From: Rhodobacterales bacterium | Lineage (GTDB): Bacteria; Pseudomonadota; Alphaproteobacteria; Rhodobacterales; Rhodobacteraceae | Direction of reading: 5' to 3' | Assembly: GCA_031422295.1 (NCBI GenBank) | Contig: JANOQM010000079.1 | Span: 1 to 49,748, forward strand | DNA length: 49,748 nucleotides | Part shown: piece after piece, positions 39,027 through 49,609 of the stretch | Layout of the letters: the number at the start of each line of letters is the position of its first letter | Numbering within the stretch: the first letter of the stretch is position 1 | The notes under the pieces: generated by a model | Databases searched by the model: none | The model's input: the letters and a program-made list of their open reading frames with translations, nothing else | Told to the model about the DNA's origin: nothing | Translations under genes and position numbers: made by a program

Positions 39027-39818
39027 TTACGCCCGGTGCGCCCCTGTGGCCAGACCTGCGACAAATGCCAGCACATCGGCTACCGGTTTACCCGCACCGA
39101 TCTGCGCGACAATCGCCGATCCCACCACGGCCCCATCCGCGACGGCGGCTATGGCCTCGGCGGCATCGGGCGTGTTAATACCGAACCCGACAATAACAGG
39201 CAAATCAGTGGCGGCCTTGATCCGGGCAACCTCGGGGCCGACATTGGTGGCCTGCGCCGCAGCAGCACCGGTGATGCCGGTGATCGAGACGTAATAAACA
39301 AAGCCGGACGTATTTGTCAGCACTTTGGGCAGGCGGGCGTCATCCGTTGTGGGCGTGGCCAGCCGGATGAAATTCAACCCGGCGGCCTGTGCCGGAATAC
39401 ACAATTCGCTGTCTTCTTCGGGTGGCAGATCAACCACGATCAGCCCATCCACCCCGGCGTCTTTGGCATCGGCCAGAAACGCTGTCACCCCGCGTGAAAA
39501 GATCGGATTGTAATAGCCCATCATCACAATCGGTGTCAGTTGATCAACGCGGCGCAATTCACGCACAATCTGCAGCGTCTTGGCCAGCGTCTGCCCGCCA
39601 TTCAGAGCGCGTTGCCCGGCCAGCTGGATCGTGGTCCCATCGGCCATCGGATCAGTAAAAGGCATACCCAGTTCGATAATATCAACACCTGCGCCGGGCA
39701 GACCCAGCACGATCTGCAGCGACGTGTCATAATCCGGATCGCCCGCCATGACATAGGCCACAAAGGCCTTGCGCCGCTGTGCCCGCAGCCGGGCAAATGT
39801 ATCGTCGATTCTGGTCAT
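39027..39818 (-). CDS. trpA: Tryptophan synthase alpha chain, 263 aa
   Basis: I chose the start at 39818 ([34 protein letters not shown]...[15 protein letters not shown]). Confidence 0.9.
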   Translation of the reverse strand: MTRIDDTFARLRAQRRKAFVAYVMAGDPDYDTSLQIVLGLPGAGVDIIELGMPFTDPMADGTTIQLAGQRALNGGQTLAKTLQIVRELRRVDQLTPIVMMGYYNPIFSRGVTAFLADAKDAGVDGLIVVDLPPEEDSELCIPAQAAGLNFIRLATPTTDDARLPKVLTNTSGFVYYVSITGITGAAAAQATNVGPEVARIKAATDLPVIVGFGINTPDAAEAIAAVADGAVVGSAIVAQIGAGKPVADVLAFVAGLATGAHRA

Positions 39819-39988
39819 GTCCGGTTCCCTGCAAATCCCCATCTGGATTTGCACGGGTGGGCGGCGGAAATCAATGGCGCTTCATCCGATGGGCCGGGTC
39901 GAAGTAATCTGTTAGGGGCCAAGCCTGTCCTTGCGCCATCGCATCCGGCGGCCTAGAAGCCGTCGCAACACCGGACAAGAGGGATATC

Positions 39989-41086
39989 ATGGGTTTCAAA
40001 ATGGGAATTGTGGGGCTGCCCAATGTCGGCAAATCCACCTTGTTCAATGCATTGACCCGGACTGCGGCGGCGCAGGCCGCCAACTTTCCGTTCTGCACCA
40101 TTGAACCCAATGTTGGCGATGTGGCTGTGCCTGATGCGCGGCTGGACCTGCTGGCGTCGATTGCAGGATCCAAGCAGATTATCCCGACCCGGATGACCTT
40201 TGTTGATATTGCCGGACTGGTCAAAGGCGCCAGTAAGGGTGAGGGGTTGGGCAATCAGTTTCTGGCCAATATCCGTGAATGCGACGCCATTGCCCATGTG
40301 CTGCGTTGTTTCGAGGATGGAGATATCGTTCATGTCGAAGGCCGGGTTGACCCGGTCGGAGACGCCGCCACGATTGAAACTGAACTGATGCTGGCCGATC
40401 TGGAATCGGTCGAACGCCGGTTGCAGAACCTTGGCCGCAAAGTACGGGGCGGTGATAAAGAAGCGGTGGATCAGGTTCGCCTGCTAGAGGCCGCTCAGGT
40501 CGCGTTGGAGGCTGGGCGTCCCGCCCGCACTGTTAAAGTGGCAGACGAAGACCAAAAGCAGTGGAAAATGCTGCAACTACTCACCGCCAAGCCAGTGCTG
40601 TATGTCTGCAATGTCGAAGAAGCCGCCGCCGGGCAGGGCAATGATTTTTCCGCCAAAGTCGCCGCGATGGCCAAGGCCGAGGGCAATTCACATGTCGTGA
40701 TTTCCGCCCGGATCGAGGAAGAGATCAGCCAGCTGGATGCAGATGAGGCCCAGATGTTCCTGGGCGAAATGGGGCTGGAAGAGGCCGGGTTGGACCGCCT
40801 GATCCGCGCCGGATACCTGCTGCTTGGCTTGCAAACTTATTTCACCGTTGGCCCGAAAGAGGCCCGCGCCTGGACCATCCCCAAGGGCACATTGGCGCCG
40901 CAAGCCGCAGGTGTGATCCATGGCGATTTTGAACGTGGGTTCATCCGGTCCGAGACCATTGCCTATGACGACTATGTCACAGGCAAAGGCGAGACGGGTG
41001 CGAAAGAGGCAGGTAAGTTCCGGGTCGAAGGCAAGACATACGAAGTCAAAGATGGCGATGTCCTGCATTTCCTGTTCAACACGTAA
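39989..41086 (+). CDS. ychF: Ribosome-binding ATPase YchF, 365 aa
   Basis: N-terminus [25 protein letters not shown]-terminal TGS domain is present. Confidence 0.95.
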   Translation: MGFKMGIVGLPNVGKSTLFNALTRTAAAQAANFPFCTIEPNVGDVAVPDARLDLLASIAGSKQIIPTRMTFVDIAGLVKGASKGEGLGNQFLANIRECDAIAHVLRCFEDGDIVHVEGRVDPVGDAATIETELMLADLESVERRLQNLGRKVRGGDKEAVDQVRLLEAAQVALEAGRPARTVKVADEDQKQWKMLQLLTAKPVLYVCNVEEAAAGQGNDFSAKVAAMAKAEGNSHVVISARIEEEISQLDADEAQMFLGEMGLEEAGLDRLIRAGYLLLGLQTYFTVGPKEARAWTIPKGTLAPQAAGVIHGDFERGFIRSETIAYDDYVTGKGETGAKEAGKFRVEGKTYEVKDGDVLHFLFNT

Positions 41087-41167
41087 ATTAGCAGGCCCAA
41101 AAGGCATGAAAGCCATGTTCTGGTTTCCTTGCCCGCTTGGACCTGCGTCACGAGGCTGAGGTCAGAT

Positions 41168-42373
41168 CTAACCCGCCAGCCGCGCCTCGATCCCAGCTGC
41201 GGGTGTGGCCAGCCAATCGCGATAGTCGACCACAAACCGGTCAAGCAGCGCATCGGTGACATTTGGCATGACGATGGCATGCGCCTGACCTTTGTAGCAG
41301 GCCAACTGATAGGTTTTGACCAAGGTCAGGTCGGGTTCTGGGAAAACCACTGTCACGCCATGCGGATTGCACAGCACCTCGACCCCGGCAGCGCGGAGTC
41401 TGGCAGTCAGACCCTGTGCGCGCAGCGTGCACCGCAATGCGTCATGCGCAAAACCGCCATAGCCATGCCCCATCAGCCGGGCCCATATTGCCAGCACCGC
41501 ATGTCCGCTGCGTGAACCCATCAATGTGGTGTCGTTTGAGCGCAGGTAAGCCACGGCCCGCGCAATCCGGTCGCTATGCTCTTTGCGGCAGATGATTGCG
41601 CCGCAGGGCATCGGTGTGCCGATCATCTTGTGACCTGAGGTTGATATGCTATCGATGGCCTGTTCAAAGCTGGGCTGGATTGATGCCGGGGCGGTTGGCA
41701 AAAACGGCACAACCATCGCGTTCAGCGCCCCATCAACATGAATGTAACGTTGGTCACGACCGTAGCCCGCTGCATCCAGCGCCGCGACAGCGCCGGTTAT
41801 ATCATCATGTGCCCCCTTCATCGTGGTGCCGCAGGTCAGCGCCAGAATAACTGGCTGCCCGCGCAACTCGGCAATAACTTCGGCCAAATGGTTCAGGTCG
41901 ATCGCGCCATTGTCGCAGCTACGCACTTCGATCGCGGGGACCCGTTGAATGCGCGCGGCCTTTGGGATTGAATAATGCGCATCGGCGCTGTGCAGTAGAA
42001 CGGCATCTGGCAAGGCTTCGCGCCCCAGATAGATGCCCCATAGATTACCTTCGGTGCCGCTGGCCCCAATAGCGCCCCAGAACGCGTCCGGATCGTGACA
42101 CCCCCACAGATCCATCAGCCACCGGATCGCCGCGCGCTCCAGATCACAAACCTCGGCACCGTAATGCGACCCGGCATAAGGATCGCCCAGATTATTGATC
42201 AGATAGCCCCACAGGTTGTCGGGCACCCCAGGTGAAAACGAGAGGTTATATGGATATCCCAGATGATTTTCATGTGCGACCTGCATTTTCCGCGCGGTCA
42301 GCCGAAAGGTGTCATGCATCATTTCTGGTGTTGTCTTCGGCATATATCCGGTTTTGGCAAAGGAGTGGTTCAT
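41168..42373 (-). CDS. hdc: Pyridoxal-dependent histidine decarboxylase, 401 aa
   Basis: Close match to the bacterial HDC pattern: SGTEGNLWG, HYSIPKAARI, the DSISTSGHKMIGTPMPCG lysine motif, and GSRSGH. Confidence 0.8.
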   Translation of the reverse strand: MNHSFAKTGYMPKTTPEMMHDTFRLTARKMQVAHENHLGYPYNLSFSPGVPDNLWGYLINNLGDPYAGSHYGAEVCDLERAAIRWLMDLWGCHDPDAFWGAIGASGTEGNLWGIYLGREALPDAVLLHSADAHYSIPKAARIQRVPAIEVRSCDNGAIDLNHLAEVIAELRGQPVILALTCGTTMKGAHDDITGAVAALDAAGYGRDQRYIHVDGALNAMVVPFLPTAPASIQPSFEQAIDSISTSGHKMIGTPMPCGAIICRKEHSDRIARAVAYLRSNDTTLMGSRSGHAVLAIWARLMGHGYGGFAHDALRCTLRAQGLTARLRAAGVEVLCNPHGVTVVFPEPDLTLVKTYQLACYKGQAHAIVMPNVTDALLDRFVVDYRDWLATPAAGIEARLAG

Positions 42374-42536
42374 AGCAATATCTCCTGATTAACTGTGGCG
42401 ATCAAATGGATTGCTGATCGGGTAAATTTTTACGCAAATATCATGGTGCGGAAGTGGCTGATTATCTGGCCTCGCGGCAGAAAGCATTAGACTTTCTGGC
42501 CACCTGTGATCTGTCGTTAACGCGGCACGGCCTGCA

Positions 42537-42800
42537 CTATGGAAAAATATCCATCGCCGGCACGATCCTGTCGAACGGCAAGCGGGCATCGCGGTTCAAT
42601 TGAAGCACGATATCAACACTTTTGGCCTCAAACAGGCACATGCATCGCCCATCTTCGGGGACAAAGGTCGAGCGGATCAACCGTACCCGGTCACCTGCGT
42701 TGAACATCTTTTCAGTTTGCAGGATTGCCGCGGCTTTCATGGCGTGAAGATCTGCCAAAGACGTTCCGCTCAGATCACGTTCAACCAAGAAAACTTGCAT
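42537..42800 (-). CDS. DUF4242-like small protein, 87 aa
   Basis: Pattern MQVFLVERDL...LIRSTFVPEDGRCMCLFEAKSVDIV. Confidence 0.5.
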   Translation of the reverse strand: MQVFLVERDLSGTSLADLHAMKAAAILQTEKMFNAGDRVRLIRSTFVPEDGRCMCLFEAKSVDIVLQLNRDARLPFDRIVPAMDIFP

Positions 42801-43196
42801 TTTACTATTCCTTTTCCAAAATCAATTTGTTCGGGCCAACTGGGTTTTCCAACCCGCTGTTAATGAAGTTCAAGGTTACCACACTTTACCTTTAATCCTG
42901 TTTCTGGGCTTTCGGATGTGAAATCTGTGGGCGTAATCGTGAGAATTACGTGAAATACAGGTGGTTTTGCCGCCAGCCTTGGTCTTGTCGATTTTTGGAC
43001 ATTTGCAGGTGGTGCTATTTTCCGCACCTTGCGATCAACGCCAGCGCCACGCCGCGCCTTTGACATCGGCCGCGCAAGCCCGCCCCGGTTGCCCGTCGCG
43101 TCGCAATACACCACGCCGCACTTTAGGGCTAATTCGTCCAACCGTCCGGTTTTCCCCCTTGTCGCGCCGGACCGGTCCCGGTAAACGACCGCAGTC

Positions 43197-43286
43197 GGAG
43201 GCGTGGCTGAGAGGCCGAAAGCACTCGGTTGCTAACTGAGCGTGGGGGGAACTCCACCGTGGGTTCGAATCCCACCGCCTCCGCCA
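43197..43286 (+). tRNA. tRNA-Ser (anticodon GCU), long variable arm, encoded CCA
   Basis: Acceptor stem ggaggcg/cgcctcc. Anticodon stem ctcgg/ctgag with loop ttGCTaa. Long extra arm. T-arm ggttcgaatcc. Confidence 0.9.
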
Positions 43287-43501
43287 CTTGCATGTCCTTC
43301 ATTCATCACACATGTCGTTGATGTTTATCTGTAAATCAGAATTTTAACTCGCTGACTTCGGGCCTAGGGCGCTCCTTCATTGAATTTTGCTATACATAAT
43401 GCTTTATATTCTTCGCTACATGGTGCCTGAATGCCGGGAGCTGAGCGGATCGATCGACCGCTTAGCGCAAATGCTGATACCCAACACATCGAGCTCATCA
43501 G

Positions 43502-44770
43502 ATGAAGATCACCTTGCGGGGCAATCAACTCTATCTCTACAGGCGCGTCCCGAAGCGTTACGGGGCCGTGGAGTCGCGCCAGTTTGTCTGGGTCAGCCTC
43601 CACACGGACTCGCAAACAGTGGCCGCGCTCAAGGCGACCACCGCCTGGGAGTTAATGGTCGAAGGCTGGGAGGCCAAGCTAGCCGGCGATACCACCGACG
43701 CTGAGGCCCGCTTTCAGGCGGCACGGGACCTCGCTGCAGTGCGCGGCTTTCGTTATCTGGATGCAGCGTCGGTTGCCAAACTGCCGCGCAGCGATTTGCT
43801 GGAGCGGATCGAAGCCGTCAAACAATCGCCGAAAGGCCCCGACTTTCGAGAGGCTGGAGCCTTTCTCGGCGGTGCCGCGGAACCTGAGATTACGATCAGC
43901 CGTGCACTGGAGCTTTACTGGACCCTGGCTGCAGATCGGACAATCGGCAAAAGCGATGACCAGCTTCGGCGCTGGAAAAACCCGTTGATCAAATCAGTCA
44001 AGAATTTGGTTGCCCAGATCGGGGACAAGCCGTTGTCGCATATCTCCACAGATGACATGCTCGATTTCAGGCAATGGTGGGTCGAAAGGATCGCCGAAAA
44101 AGGCTTGACCGCGAATAGCGCCAACAAGGACCTGATTCACATTGGCAGCATTTTGAAAACTGTGAACAACATGAAGCGCCTCGGACTAATCCTGCCACTT
44201 TCAGGGCTGTCGCTGAAAGAGGTTGGGCAGCAGGTTAGGCCCCCATTTAGCGACATTTGGATTAGGGACAAGCTACTTGCGCTAGGCGCATTGAGGGGCC
44301 TCAATACCGAGGCTCGCTGCATCCTGCTGGGCATGATCAATACCGGATATCGACCCAGTGAAGGGGCGGCACTCTTGCCGGCGCACATCCGGCTCGATCA
44401 CAAAGTGCCGCACATTTCCATCGAGGCAGATGTTCGGCAGTTGAAATCGGCCAACGCCAAGCGGATTATCCCTTTGACCGGGATCAGTCTTGCCGCACTG
44501 CGCGAATGCAGCAACGGCTTTCCGCGATACCGCGACAACCCGGGCCTGTCCGACACGATCAACAAGTTTCTGTCCGAGAACGAGCTGAAGGAGTCGCCCC
44601 GCCACTCTGTGTATTCGCTGCGCCACGCCTTTGAAGACAGAATGCTGGAAGCTAGTTTCGACGAGCGTATCAGACGGGATCTCTTGGGGCACAGCTTGGA
44701 TCGCGAGCGCTACGGCAAGGGGGGATCACTGGAACATACCCACGACCTCCTTCAGGCCATCGCCCTCTGA
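43502..44770 (+). CDS. int: Tyrosine-type site-specific integrase (phage-integrase family), 422 aa
   Basis: C-terminal catalytic region: ...RPSEGAAL..., HSVYSLRHAFEDRMLEA, and RRDLLGHSLDRERYGKG (the R..H-x-x-R..Y pattern). Confidence 0.8.
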   Translation: MKITLRGNQLYLYRRVPKRYGAVESRQFVWVSLHTDSQTVAALKATTAWELMVEGWEAKLAGDTTDAEARFQAARDLAAVRGFRYLDAASVAKLPRSDLLERIEAVKQSPKGPDFREAGAFLGGAAEPEITISRALELYWTLAADRTIGKSDDQLRRWKNPLIKSVKNLVAQIGDKPLSHISTDDMLDFRQWWVERIAEKGLTANSANKDLIHIGSILKTVNNMKRLGLILPLSGLSLKEVGQQVRPPFSDIWIRDKLLALGALRGLNTEARCILLGMINTGYRPSEGAALLPAHIRLDHKVPHISIEADVRQLKSANAKRIIPLTGISLAALRECSNGFPRYRDNPGLSDTINKFLSENELKESPRHSVYSLRHAFEDRMLEASFDERIRRDLLGHSLDRERYGKGGSLEHTHDLLQAIAL

Positions 44771-44937
44771 CGGGCTGTGATCGCTTTCGCACGGCGAACA
44801 ACATCGCCGCTGATCTCAATTGCGGCTAGTTCGACTTCAAGCCGCTCAAAAATTGGAACATAGACAGGATCGTGGGTCACCAAAGCTGCAACCGTCAAAT
44901 AGGCGGACTGCAATCGTTCGAGGACTGATTTCGCCAT
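44752..44937 (-). CDS. Small hypothetical ORF, 61 aa, convergent with the integrase and overlapping its 3' end by 19 nt
   Basis: ORF only. Confidence 0.2.
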   Translation of the reverse strand: MAKSVLERLQSAYLTVAALVTHDPVYVPIFERLEVELAAIEISGDVVRRAKAITARQRAMA

Positions 44938-45145
44938 TGGTCGTTCCGATCCTGAGTTCGATAATTGCCTTATAGCGGGGCGAGTTTGGACTGCGCGAGA
45001 TTCATGTGCCTTTTCGGCAACAGGCGGCTACTTAAGGCCGTGACTGCGTGAGTGACCGGACCCTCTGCATTTTGGGCGTCATCAGGCAGCTAAATCGGAC
45101 CACTATTGATGCTGGCCCAGAAGTCTCACGTGCGGCTGGACGCTG

Positions 45146-45496
45146 ATGCGACATTCCCAACAACGCGCTCGCTATAACTGTATCAAGCAACACGTTGATG
45201 TTGTAAGATTTTCAGTCGAAAGCGACCATACAACGACCATCAAGAAACCCCATATCGACACGCGGCTAGCAAAGTTCGTGGAAAAGCGGGTGCTCGAGTT
45301 GCGCCCTAGCAAAAGCCAGATCGAGATCGCGTCCGAGGCCGGCTTCGTAAACCCAAACATGCTGGCGATGATCAAGAGAGGCGCCGCGAAGCTGGCACTT
45401 GGCGTGGCTTCATTGAACCGGCGATCTTTTTGTCGGGTTTCGCCTCCGATGATCTTGGGTAAGGCCAACTCCTCTCATTGTGACATCGGGCGATAA
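45146..45496 (+). CDS. Hypothetical protein with a possible HTH, 116 aa (island cargo)
   Basis: ORF. A weak HTH-like stretch is present (SKSQIEIASEAGFVNPNMLAMIKRGAAKL). Confidence 0.3.
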   Translation: MRHSQQRARYNCIKQHVDVVRFSVESDHTTTIKKPHIDTRLAKFVEKRVLELRPSKSQIEIASEAGFVNPNMLAMIKRGAAKLALGVASLNRRSFCRVSPPMILGKANSSHCDIGR

Positions 45497-46900
45497 AGCA
45501 TTGGTCAGACTCAACCGGAGCCGTCCTGACAGCAAGGTGGAGGGATTCGTGACGAGGTAGCGAAGCTGTGCCCCGTTAGGCGACAAGCCGGCAGCACTGC
45601 GCCCCTTGCTCGGCAATGCGTCACCTGCCAGTTTGCGTGACCAGTTTGGGGCAAAGTGTTTATGAAAGGCCCACGACGCAGTCGAACACAGAAACGACTG
45701 GTTTGGAATCTCTGTGCAAGCGCCAGACGTTCGACCACGTGTCCACTTCGAGCGCGACCAGTATTTCGCTGATCACCGATCAGTGACTACGTGCGGTACG
45801 CATGGCATGAACATAGCGTGGATCGAAGGGATTTGCACCGAGTGGCGACGGGTCATACCAGTCAATATTGCCCTCTGCACTCCTGCGCTACGGTTGTTGG
45901 TCGCTCTTCATGCTCCTGAAAGGGTGCCTCTACGTCTGGGACTCAGCTGGAGCGTCGCTGACGGCAAGGTCAGTCCTGCCTGCCACCCCATTGTGAGTCA
46001 AAACCAAGACGGCCCCAGGTGACTCGCGTTGGGGCTTCTAGCGCGATGCCCTGTGTTCATCCGTCTCCATGGCAGCACCTCCTTGGTGCCGCAAGTGAAT
46101 CAGTGAGTTGGCCCGCACACAAGCGATTTAATGGGTCCTGAGCCTAGGTATGCTTCGAACTATTTCAAAGGGCAGAGTAAGACCATCCTGAGCCACAGCA
46201 TTTTGCTTGGTATACAGGCAATAGTAGAAATGCAAACTTCATAAAAGCTAAGAAACATTGCCACCACACCGTATTAATTCATTTAGATCGTCCTGCAGCC
46301 CACGACTCAGCATTTGCGAGCTGGTAACGATTTGCTCCTCTGATCGCACCGTCCAGCTGAATTTGATAAGGACCAACTCGATAAATTAGCGTATGGGCGG
46401 CGTCAATTCGCACATGGAGCATGAAGTCTGAAATTCTTTCGCTGGGCAGAATGATGATGTGAATTGTCTTGCGACTTATTTTGGGGCGATATTTCAGCTT
46501 CGAGAGTTTGTCGCGTATGTTTATTTTTGTTGGTGAGATAGTTTGTCCAAATAGGAAGTCACGCCACAGGCAATATAAAGTAATTATTGCGAGGGTTTTG
46601 CTTTATATATTGCAATGCAGTTGAAGATATGGCGCGTCATCCGCGCCCATTTCAGTATCAGAATGATTCAACGAGTTGACATAACTTCAATCTTCTGATC
46701 CCATTATTCTAGGACGGAATAGATGAAAATTTTTGTGAATTCGAAAGTTCTAATTTCTATGTGATTTTAATAGCTAGAGTTGTTGATGAGAGTGAAAAGC
46801 ACGTGGCACACTTGAGAAGATATCTGATCGTTGATAGGATCAATTTTCATTCCCAACGTCGTTGACGTCGGTTGCTGTTCCCAAAGGCAAGGAAGCTAGG

Positions 46901-49144
46901 GTGACTATTTTCTTCGCTCATTCAGCGAGTTCTTCAGACTCTCTCGACTGGCAAACGCTTCCCGAGCATCTGACGCAGGTCGCCAAAGCTGCGTCAGAGA
47001 GAGCCTTTCCTTTCGGGCTATCCCAGTTGACCCATCTTGCGGGCCTGTTTCACGATCTTGGAAAGTATGATCGAGCGTTTCAGCGCAAATTGTCTGGCGA
47101 GGTCAATCGGGTCGATCATTCGTCCGCCGGAGCTGTGGTTCTGTTGGATCAGGCGCAACCAAAAGATCGCATTCCAGTCGAGATGGTTGCCTATGCGATC
47201 TTGGGCCACCACGCCGGTTTGCCAGACTATGATACATCCGACGGGGCCAGCTTTCAGCGGCGTGTCGAAAACTACAATGACCAACTTGATCCGATCTGGA
47301 GACAACAAATCCAAGTGCCGCAACCAGATTTATCTGGCGAGCTTATGGCCCTGTTGCAAGGGCGTAGCAGTAAATTGACAGGCCCATTTGATATCTCGGT
47401 CGCCACGCGTATGCTGTTCTCCAGCCTTGTCGACGCCGATTTCCGCGATACCGAAGCGTTTTATGGCGAACTCGAAGGAACGACGAAGGACCGCGACTGG
47501 ACCGCACTGCAAATGGCTTTGCCGCAGTTTATAGCAGCCTTTAACGACCATATGGCAAAACTGCCCAACACTGCCATAGCCGTCAACACATTGCGACACG
47601 AGGTTTTGGCGCATGTGCGGGGCAGGGCAGGGATGTCGCCGGGTCTGTTCACCCTGACTGTGCCGACCGGGGGTGGCAAGACGCTGGCTTCATTGGGGTT
47701 TGCGCTGGATCATGCGCAGTTGCACGGGCATTCACGAATTATCTATGCCATCCCTTTCACCTCGATCATCGATCAGACCGCCGCGATTTTTCGGGGCATT
47801 CTTGGCGACATGAACGTTCTCGAGCACCACTCGGCCATCGAAGATGATGCGAGAAACGATAAGGACCGCAAAAGCCGTGACAAGGTGCAGCTGGCGATGG
47901 AGGATTGGGCGGCCCCGGTGGTCGTGACCACCAATGTGCAACTCTTCGAAAGCCTGTTTGCCGCCCGCCCCGGTCGTGCCCGCAAGCTGCACAACATCGC
48001 AGGGTCTGTTATCATTCTGGACGAGGCGCAGACCATACCGCGCCCGTTGCTTCTCCCCTGCCTGCGCATGCTGGATAGCATGGCGCGGCTGTTTCACTGC
48101 TCGATCGTGCTGTGCACGGCGACGCAACCTGCGGTGGACGAGGCTGTTTTGAAGGGTGGGCTGGCGCTGGCCGGGCGCGAACTGGCACCTGACCCGGCAG
48201 CGCTGGCCAGGCGGTTGCGACGGGTGCAAATTGGCCATGCTGGTGTCATGGATAACTTGGCTTTGGTGGCCGCGTTAAGTGGTGTGCAGCAGGGTCTGGT
48301 TGTGGTCAACAGTCGGGTTCATGCGCTGGATTTGTGGAACGATGCTAAAGGGTTGGACGGACTTTATCATTTGTCAACACGCCAATATGCAGCGCACCGG
48401 CGGCGTTTGCTGGCAATAATTCGCCAAAGGCTTGCCGATGGGCTGCCATGCCGCGTGATCTCGACCAGTTTGATCGAGGCGGGGGTGGATATTTCATTTC
48501 CTTGCGCATGGCGGGCCGAGGCGGGTTTGGATCAAATTGTGCAGGTTGCCGGACGGGTGCACCGCAATGGCGAGATGTCGCCAGAATTGGGGCGGGTGAC
48601 AGTCTTTACTCCCGATGGCTATGCCCCGCCGCCTGAAATCAAGGGGCTGATTGGCGATATGGCCCGGATGCGGGAAAAGTTTGACGACTTGCAATCGCCG
48701 GAAGCGATTCAGAGTTACTTTGGCGAGGTGTATTGGCGGCTGGATGCTGACTTGGACCGCGAAGGAATTGTGGGAAGTTTCAAGATCATCGGCAATCACA
48801 CCAATTTCAACTTCCGCACCGTGGCCGAAAAGTTTCGGATGATCGAAAGCGGCATGGTGCCGGTGATTATTCCATGGGATGCGGAGAGTAGCGCGGCTAT
48901 TTCAGACCTTGAAAAACCATGGATCAAATCCGGCCAGATTGCCCGCGCCCTGCAAACCCACCTCGTGACCGTTCCACCCAAAGCCCGCGACCGGATGCAG
49001 GCCTGCGGCAAGGGCTATTTCGCCCAGCCGAAAGTGCGGGGCGATCAGTTCTTTGTGCTGGAGGCTATGAGCCTTTATCACGAGGAAACCGGCCTGCATT
49101 GGGAAGATGCGGAATATCTGGGGATAGAAGCAGGGATAATTTAA
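46901..49144 (+). CDS. cas3: CRISPR-associated helicase/nuclease Cas3 (HD nuclease + SF2 helicase), type I; 747 aa from a GTG start. The frame stays open upstream to the TTG at 46862.
   Basis: HD motif FFAHSA...HLAGLFHDLGKYDRAFQ. Walker A VPTGGGKT. Motif II IILDEAQ. The GTG at 46901 is preceded by an aaggaag RBS. Confidence 0.88.
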   Translation: MTIFFAHSASSSDSLDWQTLPEHLTQVAKAASERAFPFGLSQLTHLAGLFHDLGKYDRAFQRKLSGEVNRVDHSSAGAVVLLDQAQPKDRIPVEMVAYAILGHHAGLPDYDTSDGASFQRRVENYNDQLDPIWRQQIQVPQPDLSGELMALLQGRSSKLTGPFDISVATRMLFSSLVDADFRDTEAFYGELEGTTKDRDWTALQMALPQFIAAFNDHMAKLPNTAIAVNTLRHEVLAHVRGRAGMSPGLFTLTVPTGGGKTLASLGFALDHAQLHGHSRIIYAIPFTSIIDQTAAIFRGILGDMNVLEHHSAIEDDARNDKDRKSRDKVQLAMEDWAAPVVVTTNVQLFESLFAARPGRARKLHNIAGSVIILDEAQTIPRPLLLPCLRMLDSMARLFHCSIVLCTATQPAVDEAVLKGGLALAGRELAPDPAALARRLRRVQIGHAGVMDNLALVAALSGVQQGLVVVNSRVHALDLWNDAKGLDGLYHLSTRQYAAHRRRLLAIIRQRLADGLPCRVISTSLIEAGVDISFPCAWRAEAGLDQIVQVAGRVHRNGEMSPELGRVTVFTPDGYAPPPEIKGLIGDMARMREKFDDLQSPEAIQSYFGEVYWRLDADLDREGIVGSFKIIGNHTNFNFRTVAEKFRMIESGMVPVIIPWDAESSAAISDLEKPWIKSGQIARALQTHLVTVPPKARDRMQACGKGYFAQPKVRGDQFFVLEAMSLYHEETGLHWEDAEYLGIEAGII

Positions 49145-49211
49145 TTTTAGTCAGATAATGCTTGCCTGACCGACGTAAGCACCCAAGGTGGTGCTGGTAG
49201 GTGGAGGCATT

Positions 49212-49609
49212 ATGTCATACGGAATTCGACTTAAAGTCTGGGGCGACTATGCTCTTTTTACCCGGCCCGAATTGAAAGTCGAACGCCTGACCTATGATGT
49301 CATCACCCCCTCTGCCGCGCGGGGTATCCTTGAGGCGATCCATTGGAAACCGTCGATCCGCTGGGTGATTGACCGCATCCATGTGCTGACACCGATCCGT
49401 CACCAGTCAATCCGCAGGAACGAAGTGGGGCACAAGGCCCCGGCGGGCAGCATCAAACGAGCGATGAACCGGGGCGACCTGGAGGGCTTGGGGATTTTGG
49501 TTGATGACCAGAAGGTGCGCCAGCAGCGGGCGTCCACGGTGCTGGTCAAACCCACCTATCTGATCGAGGCGCATTTTGTTTTGACTGACAAGGCGGAGGC
49601 AGAGGATAA
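49212..49609 (+). pseudogene. cas5: cas5c (type I-C Cas5), truncated after about 132 codons by an IS insertion
   Basis: Reads MSYGIRLKVWGDYALFTRPELKVERLTYDVITPSAARGILEAIHWKPSIRWVIDRIHVL... up to ...IEAHFVLTDKAEAEDN. The sequence then switches to an IS3-type inverted repeat at 49610. A ggtggagg RBS precedes the ATG at 49212. Confidence 0.75.

Noticed and set aside
43287-43501. Looked for a duplicated tRNA-Ser 3' end (att repeat) marking the island border
   Set aside because: No copy of the tRNA 3' segment was found within the window. The far border is probably outside it.
45500-46900. Searched for a CRISPR repeat-spacer array upstream of cas3
   Set aside because: No direct repeats of 28-37 bp with regular spacing were found. 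In subtype I-C the array normally follows cas2, which would lie beyond the window.
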